The translations under genes and the position numbers were made by a program. A stretch of DNA of 64,000 bases. Source: a virus. The notes under the pieces were generated by a model. It was not told the origin of the DNA. It was given only the letters and a program-made list of their open reading frames with translations, and searched no databases. How positions within the stretch are numbered: the first letter of the stretch is position 1; the number at the start of each line of letters is the position of its first letter. The DNA is taken from IMG/VR virus record IMGVR_UViG_3300036818_000127, positions 1 through 64,000 of that record; one strand, given 5' to 3'. Positions 26,672 to 36,213 of the stretch are shown here, in pieces.

Positions 26672-28708
26672 TTACATGTACCTTTCGATGAAGGATTGAT
26701 AATCGCTTCGTCTTCGTCGGCGATCCTTCTGTGAGTGAAAGGGGGATGTATCGGCCACTATAGCCGTTCCAGGTGTCTTCTTCTCTTGCATTGCTGCTTC
26801 GGATGGTAGACCATCGTACCTTTCCTGAGTGCGCGAAGTCTCCTTTGCTGACATGGCACGCAGTTGCAGGTATCTTTCGTCAACCGTAAAGACCGTAAGA
26901 GCTTTCTGATATGACCGATCATAAGATCTTCTCCTAAGCTTATCCTCTTGTGCTTGGCGTGCTGCTACATCTCTATCATGTCGGCTTTCTATGAAGTCCA
27001 CCGCGAATGCACTGACCATTGCAGCAATACTAAGGCCAGAGAGGTCAGTCTCATCAGGGATAGAGAGCGTCGTCATAGAGCACTGACAGTATTTATGGCA
27101 GTTATCTGGCTCTGCACAGCCATTCGGGAAATCATCATCTATCCCGACCATTGCGCTGTTATTCTCTAGGCAGAACTCACAGGCTCCAGACATGCAGTGC
27201 CAAACCTTGTAGTTGGCATCCTGTGTTGCTTTGCGTTGCATGCCCTTTCCGCTAGCAGGCTTCTCATTTCCGCTAGGGACAGGAGGTTGTTTCCCGTTAG
27301 GTGCGTGCGGGTTTTTCTGATTAGCACTTGCTGTTGTTCCCCCAGCTGGTGGCAACTCCTGAACAGTCGTGTTACCTTGCGGTAGCAGGCTAGGATCAGT
27401 TGGCGGTGGGATCTCAGGAGGAGCTGTAGTCTTATCTGCAAGCACATCAAGCTCATCAGCAGACACAACAGTTACCGTGCCCATAATCTTGAAGATATTG
27501 CCCTTGCCATTTGGAAGCTTCTCTAGTCCTTGGCCTTCTCTTGCCTCATCAAGGGTACACTGCATGCTATTCCAGAGGTTCGTAAACCGCTCGCTCTTAG
27601 CTGTGAGCTGGGATTGATACATTTCGGCAAGGGCTTCGATATCCTCTTTGTCATAGGTGAAGAATGCCTTTTTGTTCCTCAAGTCCTCATACATCGGGAC
27701 CAACCAGCTATTGACATGATCGCGCACTCGATCTATTTTCGGGAGGACATTCTCCGTGTAGAGTGCTGCCCTCGCCTCAGAGACATTTGCAAAAGTCTTA
27801 CCAGCAGAGTCACCGATCAACTCCGGTGCTACATCAAGGATTGCAGCAATTTCGCGGGTGTTCAATTCCCTACTCTGCATCCAGTCAAGCTCATAGGGGG
27901 AAAGGGACATATTTTGCCATGTCATGTCACCTTCCAAGACTAACGGCGTCCCAGCATTCCTCTTGCCTGAATACTTGCGCCGCAGCTCATCACGGATCTG
28001 GTTACGCGCCTCTACAGTTAAGAAACCTTTAGCAAAGAAGCCACTAGAAGGTTTCCCCATGTTTTGCATAAGAGCAGTATTCCAGGCATTGCCTTCATTC
28101 TGTTGGTCAATTAACTGGCTTGCTGTTTCTATAGGGGATAGCCCATAGTAGTCATCATCATAAGCGGGAAACTTGATATGCATAATATCTTCTGGCTCAT
28201 ACAGCTTCACGCCAGGAGTGCCATACCCATAGACATAGTTCTCAATACCTACTGAAGAGGGCACGATCTTGACGCGATCAGGACGAAGGTGCCAGAGTGC
28301 AAGAGGTGGCCCATTCTTGCTCGGGCGGAAGGCCCAGATATAGCTGTTGCCTGCAAGGTGCCAGAAACCAAAGAGCTTTTCAACAAATGCGCCGCTACTC
28401 TCATTTAGGTTGGGCTTGCGCCACAGATCCAGCAGGGGATGCTCTTCAATCTCTGTCTTCATCGTGCGATCTTCATAGAGCTTCCACGAGATACCTGCTG
28501 CTGCGCTAGAGATTTTATTGATAGAGGAATAGACCGCGGACGTCCGGCGGTAACCTTCCTTCACAAAGTTAGCATAGTTTTTCGGTGTCCAGACAGGCTG
28601 TCCAGGTGTGATAATCTGGAGGGAAGTCCCATAGTTCGGATCGACTGCTCTGGGGTCCGTGATTGCTTTTAAGGCTAGGGATAGCCTATTCCATATTCCC
28701 ATTACCAA
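26672..28708 (-). CDS. HK97-family portal protein with C-terminal gpF/gp7-like extension
   Basis: LAGNSY, LRPDRV and YGLSPI motifs; tail W..CEFC..HKYCQC. Confidence 0.92.
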   Translation of the reverse strand: MVMGIWNRLSLALKAITDPRAVDPNYGTSLQIITPGQPVWTPKNYANFVKEGYRRTSAVYSSINKISSAAAGISWKLYEDRTMKTEIEEHPLLDLWRKPNLNESSGAFVEKLFGFWHLAGNSYIWAFRPSKNGPPLALWHLRPDRVKIVPSSVGIENYVYGYGTPGVKLYEPEDIMHIKFPAYDDDYYGLSPIETASQLIDQQNEGNAWNTALMQNMGKPSSGFFAKGFLTVEARNQIRDELRRKYSGKRNAGTPLVLEGDMTWQNMSLSPYELDWMQSRELNTREIAAILDVAPELIGDSAGKTFANVSEARAALYTENVLPKIDRVRDHVNSWLVPMYEDLRNKKAFFTYDKEDIEALAEMYQSQLTAKSERFTNLWNSMQCTLDEAREGQGLEKLPNGKGNIFKIMGTVTVVSADELDVLADKTTAPPEIPPPTDPSLLPQGNTTVQELPPAGGTTASANQKNPHAPNGKQPPVPSGNEKPASGKGMQRKATQDANYKVWHCMSGACEFCLENNSAMVGIDDDFPNGCAEPDNCHKYCQCSMTTLSIPDETDLSGLSIAAMVSAFAVDFIESRHDRDVAARQAQEDKLRRRSYDRSYQKALTVFTVDERYLQLRAMSAKETSRTQERYDGLPSEAAMQEKKTPGTAIVADTSPFHSQKDRRRRRSDYQSFIERYM

Positions 28709-30242
28709 CTCACCTCCTCTATATATCCCTCATCCTCTGTAATCTCTTGATTCCAGGAACCACTCTCTAGTTGGAGCATGGCATATTCGCGGTTCTCATC
28801 CCTCGCTATTTCCATTGACTGTGGGGTGATCTCTATAGTTTCGGCTGACCATGCCATCGGGCCATCAGGAACAAGGTATAGTTCATTCATGGCACCAGAG
28901 CTAGCATCTACAGGATCATCATGGACAGTAGGGTTAGGGAATGCTACGAGGAAGTTAATCAGTCCCTTATTCCAATGAGCGCGGAGCATGCCAATGTTAC
29001 CGAATTTGGCCTGCGCAGACATCGTATTAGCACGGATTTCCTTGCTCCCTGTACTAGGCTTCCCATCCACGTCATAGCCCGCGAGCACTTTGGTCACGAG
29101 GCTAAAGATATAGCTCTTGCCGCTAGCACCAGGCTCTTGCTCAATCCTAATAACAGTATCGCGGCCATCCTTGATAGCCGTTTCCTGCAAGAGGTCTTCA
29201 ACTCCGCCAGGATCGCGCCGTTCCCAGATAGCATTGAGGATAAGGTAGCGTGGGTAGCAGCCTTCTTTTCTTCTAGCTAGAAGGACTCCAGCAGTATAGT
29301 CTGGTCCTGTCTTCTTGCTATTAGGCTTGACTTCTTCTGTGGCCGCGAGATCCCAGAACCTGCACTTGCGTTCAATGTCATCAGGGATATCATCAAGGAT
29401 ATGCTTTTCAAACCATTCCCGCCGGAACTTCTTACCAGATGGCCGAGCTGTCCAATCCCCATGCTTCAGTCGGCGCTTCTCAACTTCAGGCAGAGCATCC
29501 AGGCCAGCTTCATAGCCAGGATCTACATCCATCAGGATCTTATTGTCATAGAGGTTGGCGAAAACGAAGGTGATAGAAATGGCGCTTTTTACATCAGGAT
29601 CGCACCAGCGAACATTCTCATCCTCCACCACAAAGTATCTGACTTCTCCGCTCTCTGCTCGGGCACGGAATCGCTCAGGAGTATTAGAGTTACGCTCAGA
29701 GTCCTCCCAATCCTCATCAACCCAAGGAGCCAGTACGATCTTTACCCAGCTCTCAGGATCAGGATTAGTGAAGGCCCTCATGTAAGGGCGCACGCCGCAT
29801 AAGGACCGGTTCCTAGAGAAGAGATAGAAGAATTGAGTGAAGCTCATTTCAGTAACTTCATCAACCTCGATGAGCGGCATCTCACTACCCTTCCAAGATT
29901 GCACGTCGCTCTCGTACTGCATATAGGCAAACTTGACAGTTGCTCCGGAGGGGAATGTCCATTGCAGTTCAGACTTGTTCGCCCGTCCGCCTAGCTGGGG
30001 ATAGATATCATAGGAGCGTTTCCACAGACCACCAGGAGCCATGAGCTGCCGATAATATTTGCGGAAAATGACAGCCTGGAATTCAGGGTTATCAATATGG
30101 TAGGTAGGCTCTAAGAGGCAAGCATAAGATTTGCTCAGCCGCCGCCAGCAGCCCCGCCATAAAATCCGAGTCTCGTATTGGCACTTAGGAATATTTCTTG
30201 AGGGCCGGATTGCGGTCGTATGGCTTCAATTGCTAGCGACAT
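28702..30242 (-). CDS. terL: Terminase large subunit, interrupted by a 5-nt TGAGC insertion (30133-30137) in Walker A
   Basis: GGAAGGG-[TGAGC]-KSYACLLE; VDEVTE Walker B; RFWDLAAT, EQEPGASG and HDDPVDA nuclease motifs; AAGGAGG RBS at 30242. Confidence 0.9.
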
Positions 30243-30371
30243 AAAAATAACCTCCTTCCAAGCATACTGTTCGTTTAATCCGAACATACGGCCTGAAAAG
30301 AGGTATCTCGTATGCGTATTCACATTGAGAATTTGTTGTTAAGAACAAGTATACAACATTAAATCACAATG

Positions 30372-30584
30372 TCAAATCAAGGGTTGTTTAGACGGGGGCC
30401 ACAACCTCTCTGCTGGGTAGGCTGTGTAGAGTGCCCTGCTCTCCATGCCCTCTGGAGAGAAGATTGCATGGAAAGTACCATCCTGTTCGATGACCACATA
30501 TGCGGGCTTACCCTCTTTGTCTGCATACCTCTGTGCTTGGCATTGTACTGGTACAAATGCTTGCATCATCTCTTTATCCGTCAT
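30372..30584 (-). CDS. Hypothetical protein
   Basis: 70 aa, AAAGGA RBS. Confidence 0.55.
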   Translation of the reverse strand: MTDKEMMQAFVPVQCQAQRYADKEGKPAYVVIEQDGTFHAIFSPEGMESRALYTAYPAERLWPPSKQPLI

Positions 30585-30596
30585 AAGTTATCCTTT

Positions 30597-30800
30597 CTAG
30601 GCTTTTTCTTGTGACTCTGGATTCTTGGGGTACTTTGACCCCTTCGGCCAGATAATACATAGATCTCCGTTGACTTCAAGGGTCATCTCTGGATACTCTC
30701 CAGTCGATTTGAAAATGGAGTTACGTATCCTTTGAGTATCGATATAGAGTTTGGTAGCATCCTTATAGCCCTTTATCTTGGACAGAATACCTTGGAACAT
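30597..30800 (-). CDS. Hypothetical protein
   Basis: 67 aa, AAGGAG RBS. Confidence 0.55.
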   Translation of the reverse strand: MFQGILSKIKGYKDATKLYIDTQRIRNSIFKSTGEYPEMTLEVNGDLCIIWPKGSKYPKNPESQEKA

Positions 30801-30814
30801 TTGTACTTCTCCTT

Positions 30815-31297
30815 TTACCTAACAACTAACTGGCAAGGCGTACCCCAGAACTTGCGTACAATCTTTTCAGCCAAGATCTCTTGTTTTGTGCCGCTAAATA
30901 CTTGGCCTGATTGTTGAAGTGCCATCTGGTCAATCTGGGAATGCGAGATACTACCTTGCTCTTTGTTGATTTTCACTGCTTCTTTTACAAGAGTAGTTAC
31001 TGCATTCTGAATGAACTCCTGTATACAATGCTTGGACTCTGCTTTCTGTGTATCCTTTTGTTGCTTCATGAATACCTGTACTTCTTCATTGGCGGGCTCC
31101 CAATTGAGTAATTTCTTGCAGCAAGTAGACCCAACATAATAGTCTCTGTTTTCTTGTGGGGCATTAACTACATACACCTTTGCATGCTCGCGTCCGCAAC
31201 GATCACAGATATTGCCGCTACCCTTTTCTAGAGGAATATACTCTTGACGGAGATAATCAAACTCTCTCATATCTTTGACGGCAATTAACTTAAACAT
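30815..31297 (-). CDS. Zn-finger hypothetical protein
   Basis: CDRCGR..VGSTC motif; start reassigned to MFKLIA (AAGGAG RBS) downstream of the promoter. Confidence 0.7.
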   Translation of the reverse strand: MFKLIAVKDMREFDYLRQEYIPLEKGSGNICDRCGREHAKVYVVNAPQENRDYYVGSTCCKKLLNWEPANEEVQVFMKQQKDTQKAESKHCIQEFIQNAVTTLVKEAVKINKEQGSISHSQIDQMALQQSGQVFSGTKQEILAEKIVRKFWGTPCQLVVR

Positions 31298-31332
31298 TGT
31301 ATTCTCCTTGCTTACTTTCTCATCTATTACTA

Positions 31333-31361
31333 AGTATATCATATCTTCCATAAACTATCAA
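31333..31361 (-). promoter_or_regulatory. Conserved early promoter cassette (TTGATA variant)
   Basis: TTGATA-GTTTATGGAAGATATGA-TATACT. Confidence 0.8.
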
Positions 31362-31427
31362 GGATTTTGAGCACAAAAATACCCACTTTCATTATATATT
31401 CTTTGAAAGTGGGTACTCATAATAATA

Positions 31428-32460
31428 GTTGCAAATTTAATCACAATGTCAAACTATTGAGTGACATTGGTGTGTGCTGCATCAATCCCCATAGATCAGG
31501 CTATTGCATCAATCCCTAGATGGCTGGCCCAACGTTGCATGTATCGCAGTTCATTCTTGGTTGCAATTCTCCCATATGGTTGTCTTGACAATATCTTCAA
31601 AGTTGCACTGGCCTTTTCGTGAGTATAGTTGCATCTTGATCACTAGTTTCATCGCATTCCTAACAGTTGCACTATGCTCCTGATATGCATTCATTGTTGC
31701 ATTGAAAGCATCAGGATGCTGCGGTGCTTTTCAAGGATAGCCGGTTGCCTAGTAGCATCCCATTGTTGCATGATGATAGCTATTAGTTACAGTTGCACTA
31801 TAGTTGAAACTTTCCCTGGATAGTTGCATTATCTATGCCTCCCTATAATGCTACAACTTCCCCTTATTTAGTTACATTGACGCTATGCTGTTGCATTGCA
31901 ATTCAGCCTATGGGTTGCATTGGTAGTCACTGGAAGATTACTAGGTTACATCAATAACTTAGATAGCTAGTTGCATTTCATGCTTCATTAGTTACACTTG
32001 CTTCCATTTCTACCCTTGTTGCATAAAAGGTATATGGTCGTATCTCTGTCGCATTTATTGTTGCATCCAAAACCATTATCAGTGTTGCATCCTGTGGTGA
32101 CTGTTGCATCCCACTAAGTCCTCTGCATGTTGCAGTCAATATTACCTTGTTGTTATTGTCACATTTGCAAGCTGCATTATCCCTAACAGGAGAGATTTTA
32201 TAGTGCTGCATGTCATTTCTGGTTGCATTATAGTTGCATGTACTACTTGCCTCCAGTTGCAGTTTCCCCTGGGTTATACTAGTTGCATTGTGTCACCTGA
32301 TGGGATTGTGTTGCATTAATCCCCTCAAGGGACTATCACGTCAAGAAACCCGTTGCAGTCTTGTGTTGCATAGAAAGGAGTAGCAGTCTGTATAGTTGCA
32401 GTATCCTCTAATTTCTGACAGTTGCATCAATCCCTAGTTGAGATTAGGATAGCATTGTTA
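31428..32460 (-). repeat. Field of about 40 degenerate (A)TGCAAC mini-repeats
   Basis: About 27 exact GTTGCA on the + strand in about 1 kb, plus variants; some extend to GTTGCATCAATCCC. Confidence 0.9.
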
Positions 32461-32461
32461 G

Positions 32462-32890
32462 GTTACAATTATGCCCTTTGCTAGTGCTGTTGCAATCATT
32501 GGGCTAGATAACTTTCACTAGAGGGATAGAGCAAAGTTACAATCATTCCCCTAGCAGCTAGATCTCGCAACCTGTTTACACCTTCACCGATTGCTGTCAG
32601 TCGCTCGCAGTTGCAATTATTCTTCCAGCAGCCAGCCATTGCAATGGAAGTACATTATATTGCAATTATTCCTCCAGCGGCCAGCCATTGCAATTAGAGA
32701 AGAATAAAGGAGATGAGATGGGAAACAGGTTGCAATCATCCCCCAGCGACTAGACCCTTGCAACATGAGTTAGATGAGGGTGAGCAGCTGGCCTGGGCTC
32801 GTTGCAATCATCCCCCCTGGCAACTATGCCATTGCAATCAGCATATTCTATATGATTTACAATATCATACCCATTGCAATCATTCCCCTA
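32462..32890 (-). CRISPR. Degenerate CRISPR-like array with 6 full 35-38 nt repeats and one half repeat; no cas genes in the window
   Basis: Repeats at 32462-32496, 32536-32571, 32610-32645, 32659-32694, 32729-32764, 32801-32838 and half 32873-32890; spacers 39, 38, 13, 34, 36, 34 nt; example GTTGCAATCATCCCCCAGCGACTAGACCCTTGCAAC (+). Confidence 0.75.
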
Positions 32891-33097
32891 TATATTTTAA
32901 AAGAGCCAGCCTCAAGGGAGCCACCGCGAAGCGAGTACCCGCTAGGGTTTTGTGGCGATGTTCCTGCCAGAAAGAGTCAAGTCCCCTATACCCCTAAGAG
33001 TAATCTTCGGATCATACGGCCATTCCCCAGCAGCTCGGCCTGTAACTACTGAAGCGAACTTCGACGAGCCGAGACAATCCGAAGATTGCAAAGCAGA
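32891..33097 (-). ncRNA. Structured leader / putative scaffold RNA next to the array
   Basis: Nested inverted repeats ATCTTCGGAT/ATCCGAAGAT, CTCGGC/GCCGAG, CCAC/GTGG; strand assumed from the operon. Confidence 0.45.
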
Positions 33098-33290
33098 TTA
33101 TAACACAGGTTTTCTGAGAAGTGTATCCCTTTTCTCCAATGCTTCCTTGAACATTTTCCATGCCCAACTCCGGCCAGATCCACGACTCCAGATGTCACAG
33201 GTATATGGCCTCCGGTCTCGAAGTATGGCCGTTACTCTATCGAAGTCTGCCTTCGTAAATTCGACGCATTCCTCAACATACTCATACTGC

Positions 33291-33719
33291 TCATTGCTGG
33301 TATTCTGCGTGTCCATAGCCCTCATCTTTCTGCGGGATAACCTTGGGTAGTGTTTGCCCACCGAGGTAGATCCTTGCCTCTTCTTTGGCCTTATCAAATC
33401 CATTGATGAAATGCACATCACATGCCCCGCATACAGGGATTACATTTCGGTAAATTAGCCCTTGGGCACGATCAAACATGCATATCTTGCTACAAGTGTA
33501 TTTCTGGCATAAGCAGCATAGGCCGTGCCAATCACTCAAAATGCTGAGCCACTCTGGAAGGACAAGAGAGATAGGAGATACACCTTGCCGTCGCGCTTGC
33601 TGAGCCGCTGACTCCACGCGATCAAATTCCCTAAGTCGATCTTTTGAGTAGCACTTCTCGCAAAGTCCATATGCGGTACGGGATGAGAATGTAAGGCCAC
33701 AGATACAGCAAGTGCTCAT
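33291..33719 (-). CDS. Zn-binding degenerate HNH-like protein
   Basis: Four CxxC pairs; EW..L..W..LC.LC and G...NVIPVC.AC pattern; no catalytic His evident. Confidence 0.6.
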   Translation of the reverse strand: MSTCCICGLTFSSRTAYGLCEKCYSKDRLREFDRVESAAQQARRQGVSPISLVLPEWLSILSDWHGLCCLCQKYTCSKICMFDRAQGLIYRNVIPVCGACDVHFINGFDKAKEEARIYLGGQTLPKVIPQKDEGYGHAEYQQ

Positions 33720-33725
33720 AATGCA

Positions 33726-34160
33726 TTATCCAGGAGGTATGGCTTGTAGGAATTGCATAACAGGAAAGTCTACTTGGATAACTAGGTATTCATGCTCATT
33801 AAATATCTGTAGCTGACCTTCTACCTTTTGTCTCTCTATTCTTTCTCTTATCCTTTGTTTCTTGTTAGCCTCAAGTACTTCAGCATTATGTTGTCTTTGT
33901 GCTTTCCCGTGGCAACGCAGGCAAAGTATGATCAGCTCTGCTTCTGGATTAAGAGTATCATAGTTTGGATGATGAGCAGTTAAAACCACCCCTTTCTTTT
34001 TTCGTTTCTTCTTGCGGCTTTTCAGGAGGGGAAGCTGAATAATACTTGGTACCTCCCCTCGTATGCGGAGGCACTGAGAACAGAATGGTTGTAGGTTTCT
34101 CAGGTCGCGTGATCGTTCAGGAAAATTATCTGCATACCATTGCTTGCCGATTTTTATCAT
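33726..34160 (-). CDS. HNH endonuclease (possibly packaging-associated)
   Basis: CSQC..VVLTAHHPNYD..LIILCLRCH. Confidence 0.75.
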   Translation of the reverse strand: MIKIGKQWYADNFPERSRDLRNLQPFCSQCLRIRGEVPSIIQLPLLKSRKKKRKKKGVVLTAHHPNYDTLNPEAELIILCLRCHGKAQRQHNAEVLEANKKQRIRERIERQKVEGQLQIFNEHEYLVIQVDFPVMQFLQAIPPG

Positions 34161-35260
34161 CAGTATGCTCCTGACTCCACAATGGTGTTTGTATCAATGA
34201 TCACGGAATGAGAATCAGATCTACTAACTACCTCTCTCAATACTGAGATAGCCCTTTCCATAACCTCAATACACTGTGCAGCCCTAATTCGATCATCATT
34301 CTCGAAGTTCTCTCGGTCAAGAGGGCTGGGTACTTTTCCCATAAAACCAGTCACATAGGTATATAATCCATTTGCGTCTTCGCGCCACTGTTGTCTAGTA
34401 CGTTCCTGTTGTATAAGGGCATGTCTCTCTTTGAAGCTAACACGGACCTCTTCACTAAGCTGGTCATTCTCGGCGGCTAATCTCGCAACGTGCTCCATTT
34501 TCTCTTTGAGCTTAGTCTCTTTCTCTTTGATTTGAGCTTGGGTTGCTTGCTTCTCAGTTTCGAGATCTACACCCATTTTGTCTATTTGCTTCTGTAGATC
34601 TTCTATAGTGTTCGTGACTGATTGGGGGATGACTTCCTTCTCAACTTCTACAATCTCAACTTCTGGTGTTGTTAGGGTTTCCATCTCTTGCTTCAGAGCA
34701 ATCATCTGTTTAGTAAGTTCATCTATCTCTTTTTGAGCCGCATCTTTGGAGTTGAAGAGTTGGAGCTGGGCAGCTTGTGCTTCTGCCTTTGATCTAGCAG
34801 CCTCTATTTTTGCTAGACGGACTTCTAGTTTTGCCTCTTTGATTGCCTCTTTTGTTGGGGGTAATTCACCTACGATAACCTGATCGACAACTTCTTCTGG
34901 AGCTGATGCCAACTCTCTCAGGACACTTACACCCAAAAGGGGATTTAATCCCTTTTTGTCTCCCAAATTCTTAGCAATGCTCATAAAGACTTTGGCATTA
35001 TCGTAAGATATCCCAAACTCACACTCTATCCAATCCCGAAACATCCCATGTGGTATATCCTCTTTTACCGTGATTAAGTTTTTCCCGATACTAATAATGT
35101 CCTCTGTTGTCCTCTTCAATAACCATTGCGTCTCAGCAGTCTTCTGGAGGACAAACCCGCGTCTATCTACTGGCACCTGCTCATAGTCAAACAAGGTCTG
35201 CCCAGGCTGTGTAGTCCCTGATTCATCATCAAAAAGACCTGGAAGCATATCATTACTCAT
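34160..35260 (-). CDS. DUF3102-like coiled-coil protein
   Basis: IISIGKNLITVKE.IPHGMFRDWIE.EF motif; GGAGG RBS before MSND. Confidence 0.75.
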   Translation of the reverse strand: MSNDMLPGLFDDESGTTQPGQTLFDYEQVPVDRRGFVLQKTAETQWLLKRTTEDIISIGKNLITVKEDIPHGMFRDWIECEFGISYDNAKVFMSIAKNLGDKKGLNPLLGVSVLRELASAPEEVVDQVIVGELPPTKEAIKEAKLEVRLAKIEAARSKAEAQAAQLQLFNSKDAAQKEIDELTKQMIALKQEMETLTTPEVEIVEVEKEVIPQSVTNTIEDLQKQIDKMGVDLETEKQATQAQIKEKETKLKEKMEHVARLAAENDQLSEEVRVSFKERHALIQQERTRQQWREDANGLYTYVTGFMGKVPSPLDRENFENDDRIRAAQCIEVMERAISVLREVVSRSDSHSVIIDTNTIVESGAY

Positions 35261-36083
35261 TACCACCTCCAAGCAGAGACACAATAGGCAACTCTTCTGT
35301 CTGAGGGATATTCTTGCGGATTTCACCTACATCATCACGTATCTCTTTTGCAATGCTTTCTACGACTTCGCCCTTTGCGCTAATAATCTGCTCTTTTTCC
35401 CCTGCTGACAAATCTCTGATATCATCTTTCCCTAATCCCTGGAGTTTAAAGGCGCGATTAACGCCAGCGGCCTGCTTACCTAATGCCTCTCTATTCGTTA
35501 TAAGATTGACCATGAGTATCCTAATCGTATCATCCACAAATGTCTTTTTGCCGCTCCTGGCTTGCTCGTGCTTCTCTATTAAAATAGCATTCGTAACCGT
35601 TATATTGGCATTGTCATATACCCAGGCTCTCTGCTTTTCGCTCTTGATTAGCTTGAACTTCTCCCAACTCTCTGTGAGTATCCACTCAGCAAAAAGATCC
35701 CTTATGCGTTCTCGGACTCCTGTCAAGCGGCGCAACTGGATAGCAGCAAGCACGCTAGGATTTGTGTTAATGAACTCTTTCCATCTTCCATGTATCTCGC
35801 TTCCTTTAATATTATACGTCTTCTCTACCGTTGATGTGATGTTGCCCTTTCTGTCCCTTTTAATAATTGTCTCCATAACCTTCTGCTCTAGGGGAATATT
35901 ATTATAGAGCTGCATCTCATAGAAGGCCATCTTACAAATCCTGTCAAAGCCTTCTATTTCCTCTTTCTTCTCGCTTGCTTCAAAATCGTTGTGGGTTTCA
36001 GTAGACACTAGTGATGATATGGATAACAGATCAAGTGCTTGCATGCTGTTCATCTCCTGTGCGCTAATCAACGTTGCAATCAT
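35253..36083 (-). CDS. Hypothetical protein
   Basis: 276-aa ORF overlapping the next gene. Confidence 0.65.
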   Translation of the reverse strand: MIATLISAQEMNSMQALDLLSISSLVSTETHNDFEASEKKEEIEGFDRICKMAFYEMQLYNNIPLEQKVMETIIKRDRKGNITSTVEKTYNIKGSEIHGRWKEFINTNPSVLAAIQLRRLTGVRERIRDLFAEWILTESWEKFKLIKSEKQRAWVYDNANITVTNAILIEKHEQARSGKKTFVDDTIRILMVNLITNREALGKQAAGVNRAFKLQGLGKDDIRDLSAGEKEQIISAKGEVVESIAKEIRDDVGEIRKNIPQTEELPIVSLLGGGNE

Positions 36084-36213
36084 TCTCTGAATCGCGTCCT
36101 CCCGACATCAGGTACATCCATCCACATATATTTAGTATAGCACATGAATGCCATTGGCTCTTACCAGCATCATTGATCTCCCATTCTTTTTGTACTATTA
36201 CAAAGAGGTATTG

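Noticed and set aside
30243-30323. N-terminal part of ORF 30135..30323 as an independent gene
   Set aside because: The RBS supports a start at 30242; that segment is the TerL N-terminus.
31428-32460. TIGR-type dual-repeat array
   Set aside because: Spacing is irregular, there is only one motif type, and no Nop-domain protein is recognisable.
32462-32890. Self-targeting spacers
   Set aside because: No match noticed elsewhere in the window, although the search by eye was not exhaustive.
32976-33000. GTCAAGTCCCC as the start of a second IscB omegaRNA
   Set aside because: The downstream hallmarks seen at 55379-55807 are absent.
31978-33350. Short ORFs across the repeat field and array (31978..32211, 32104..32319, 32713..32997, 32774..33052, 32952..33350)
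   Set aside because: No RBS or domain; their C-N/A-T/L-Q bias simply reflects the nucleotide motif.
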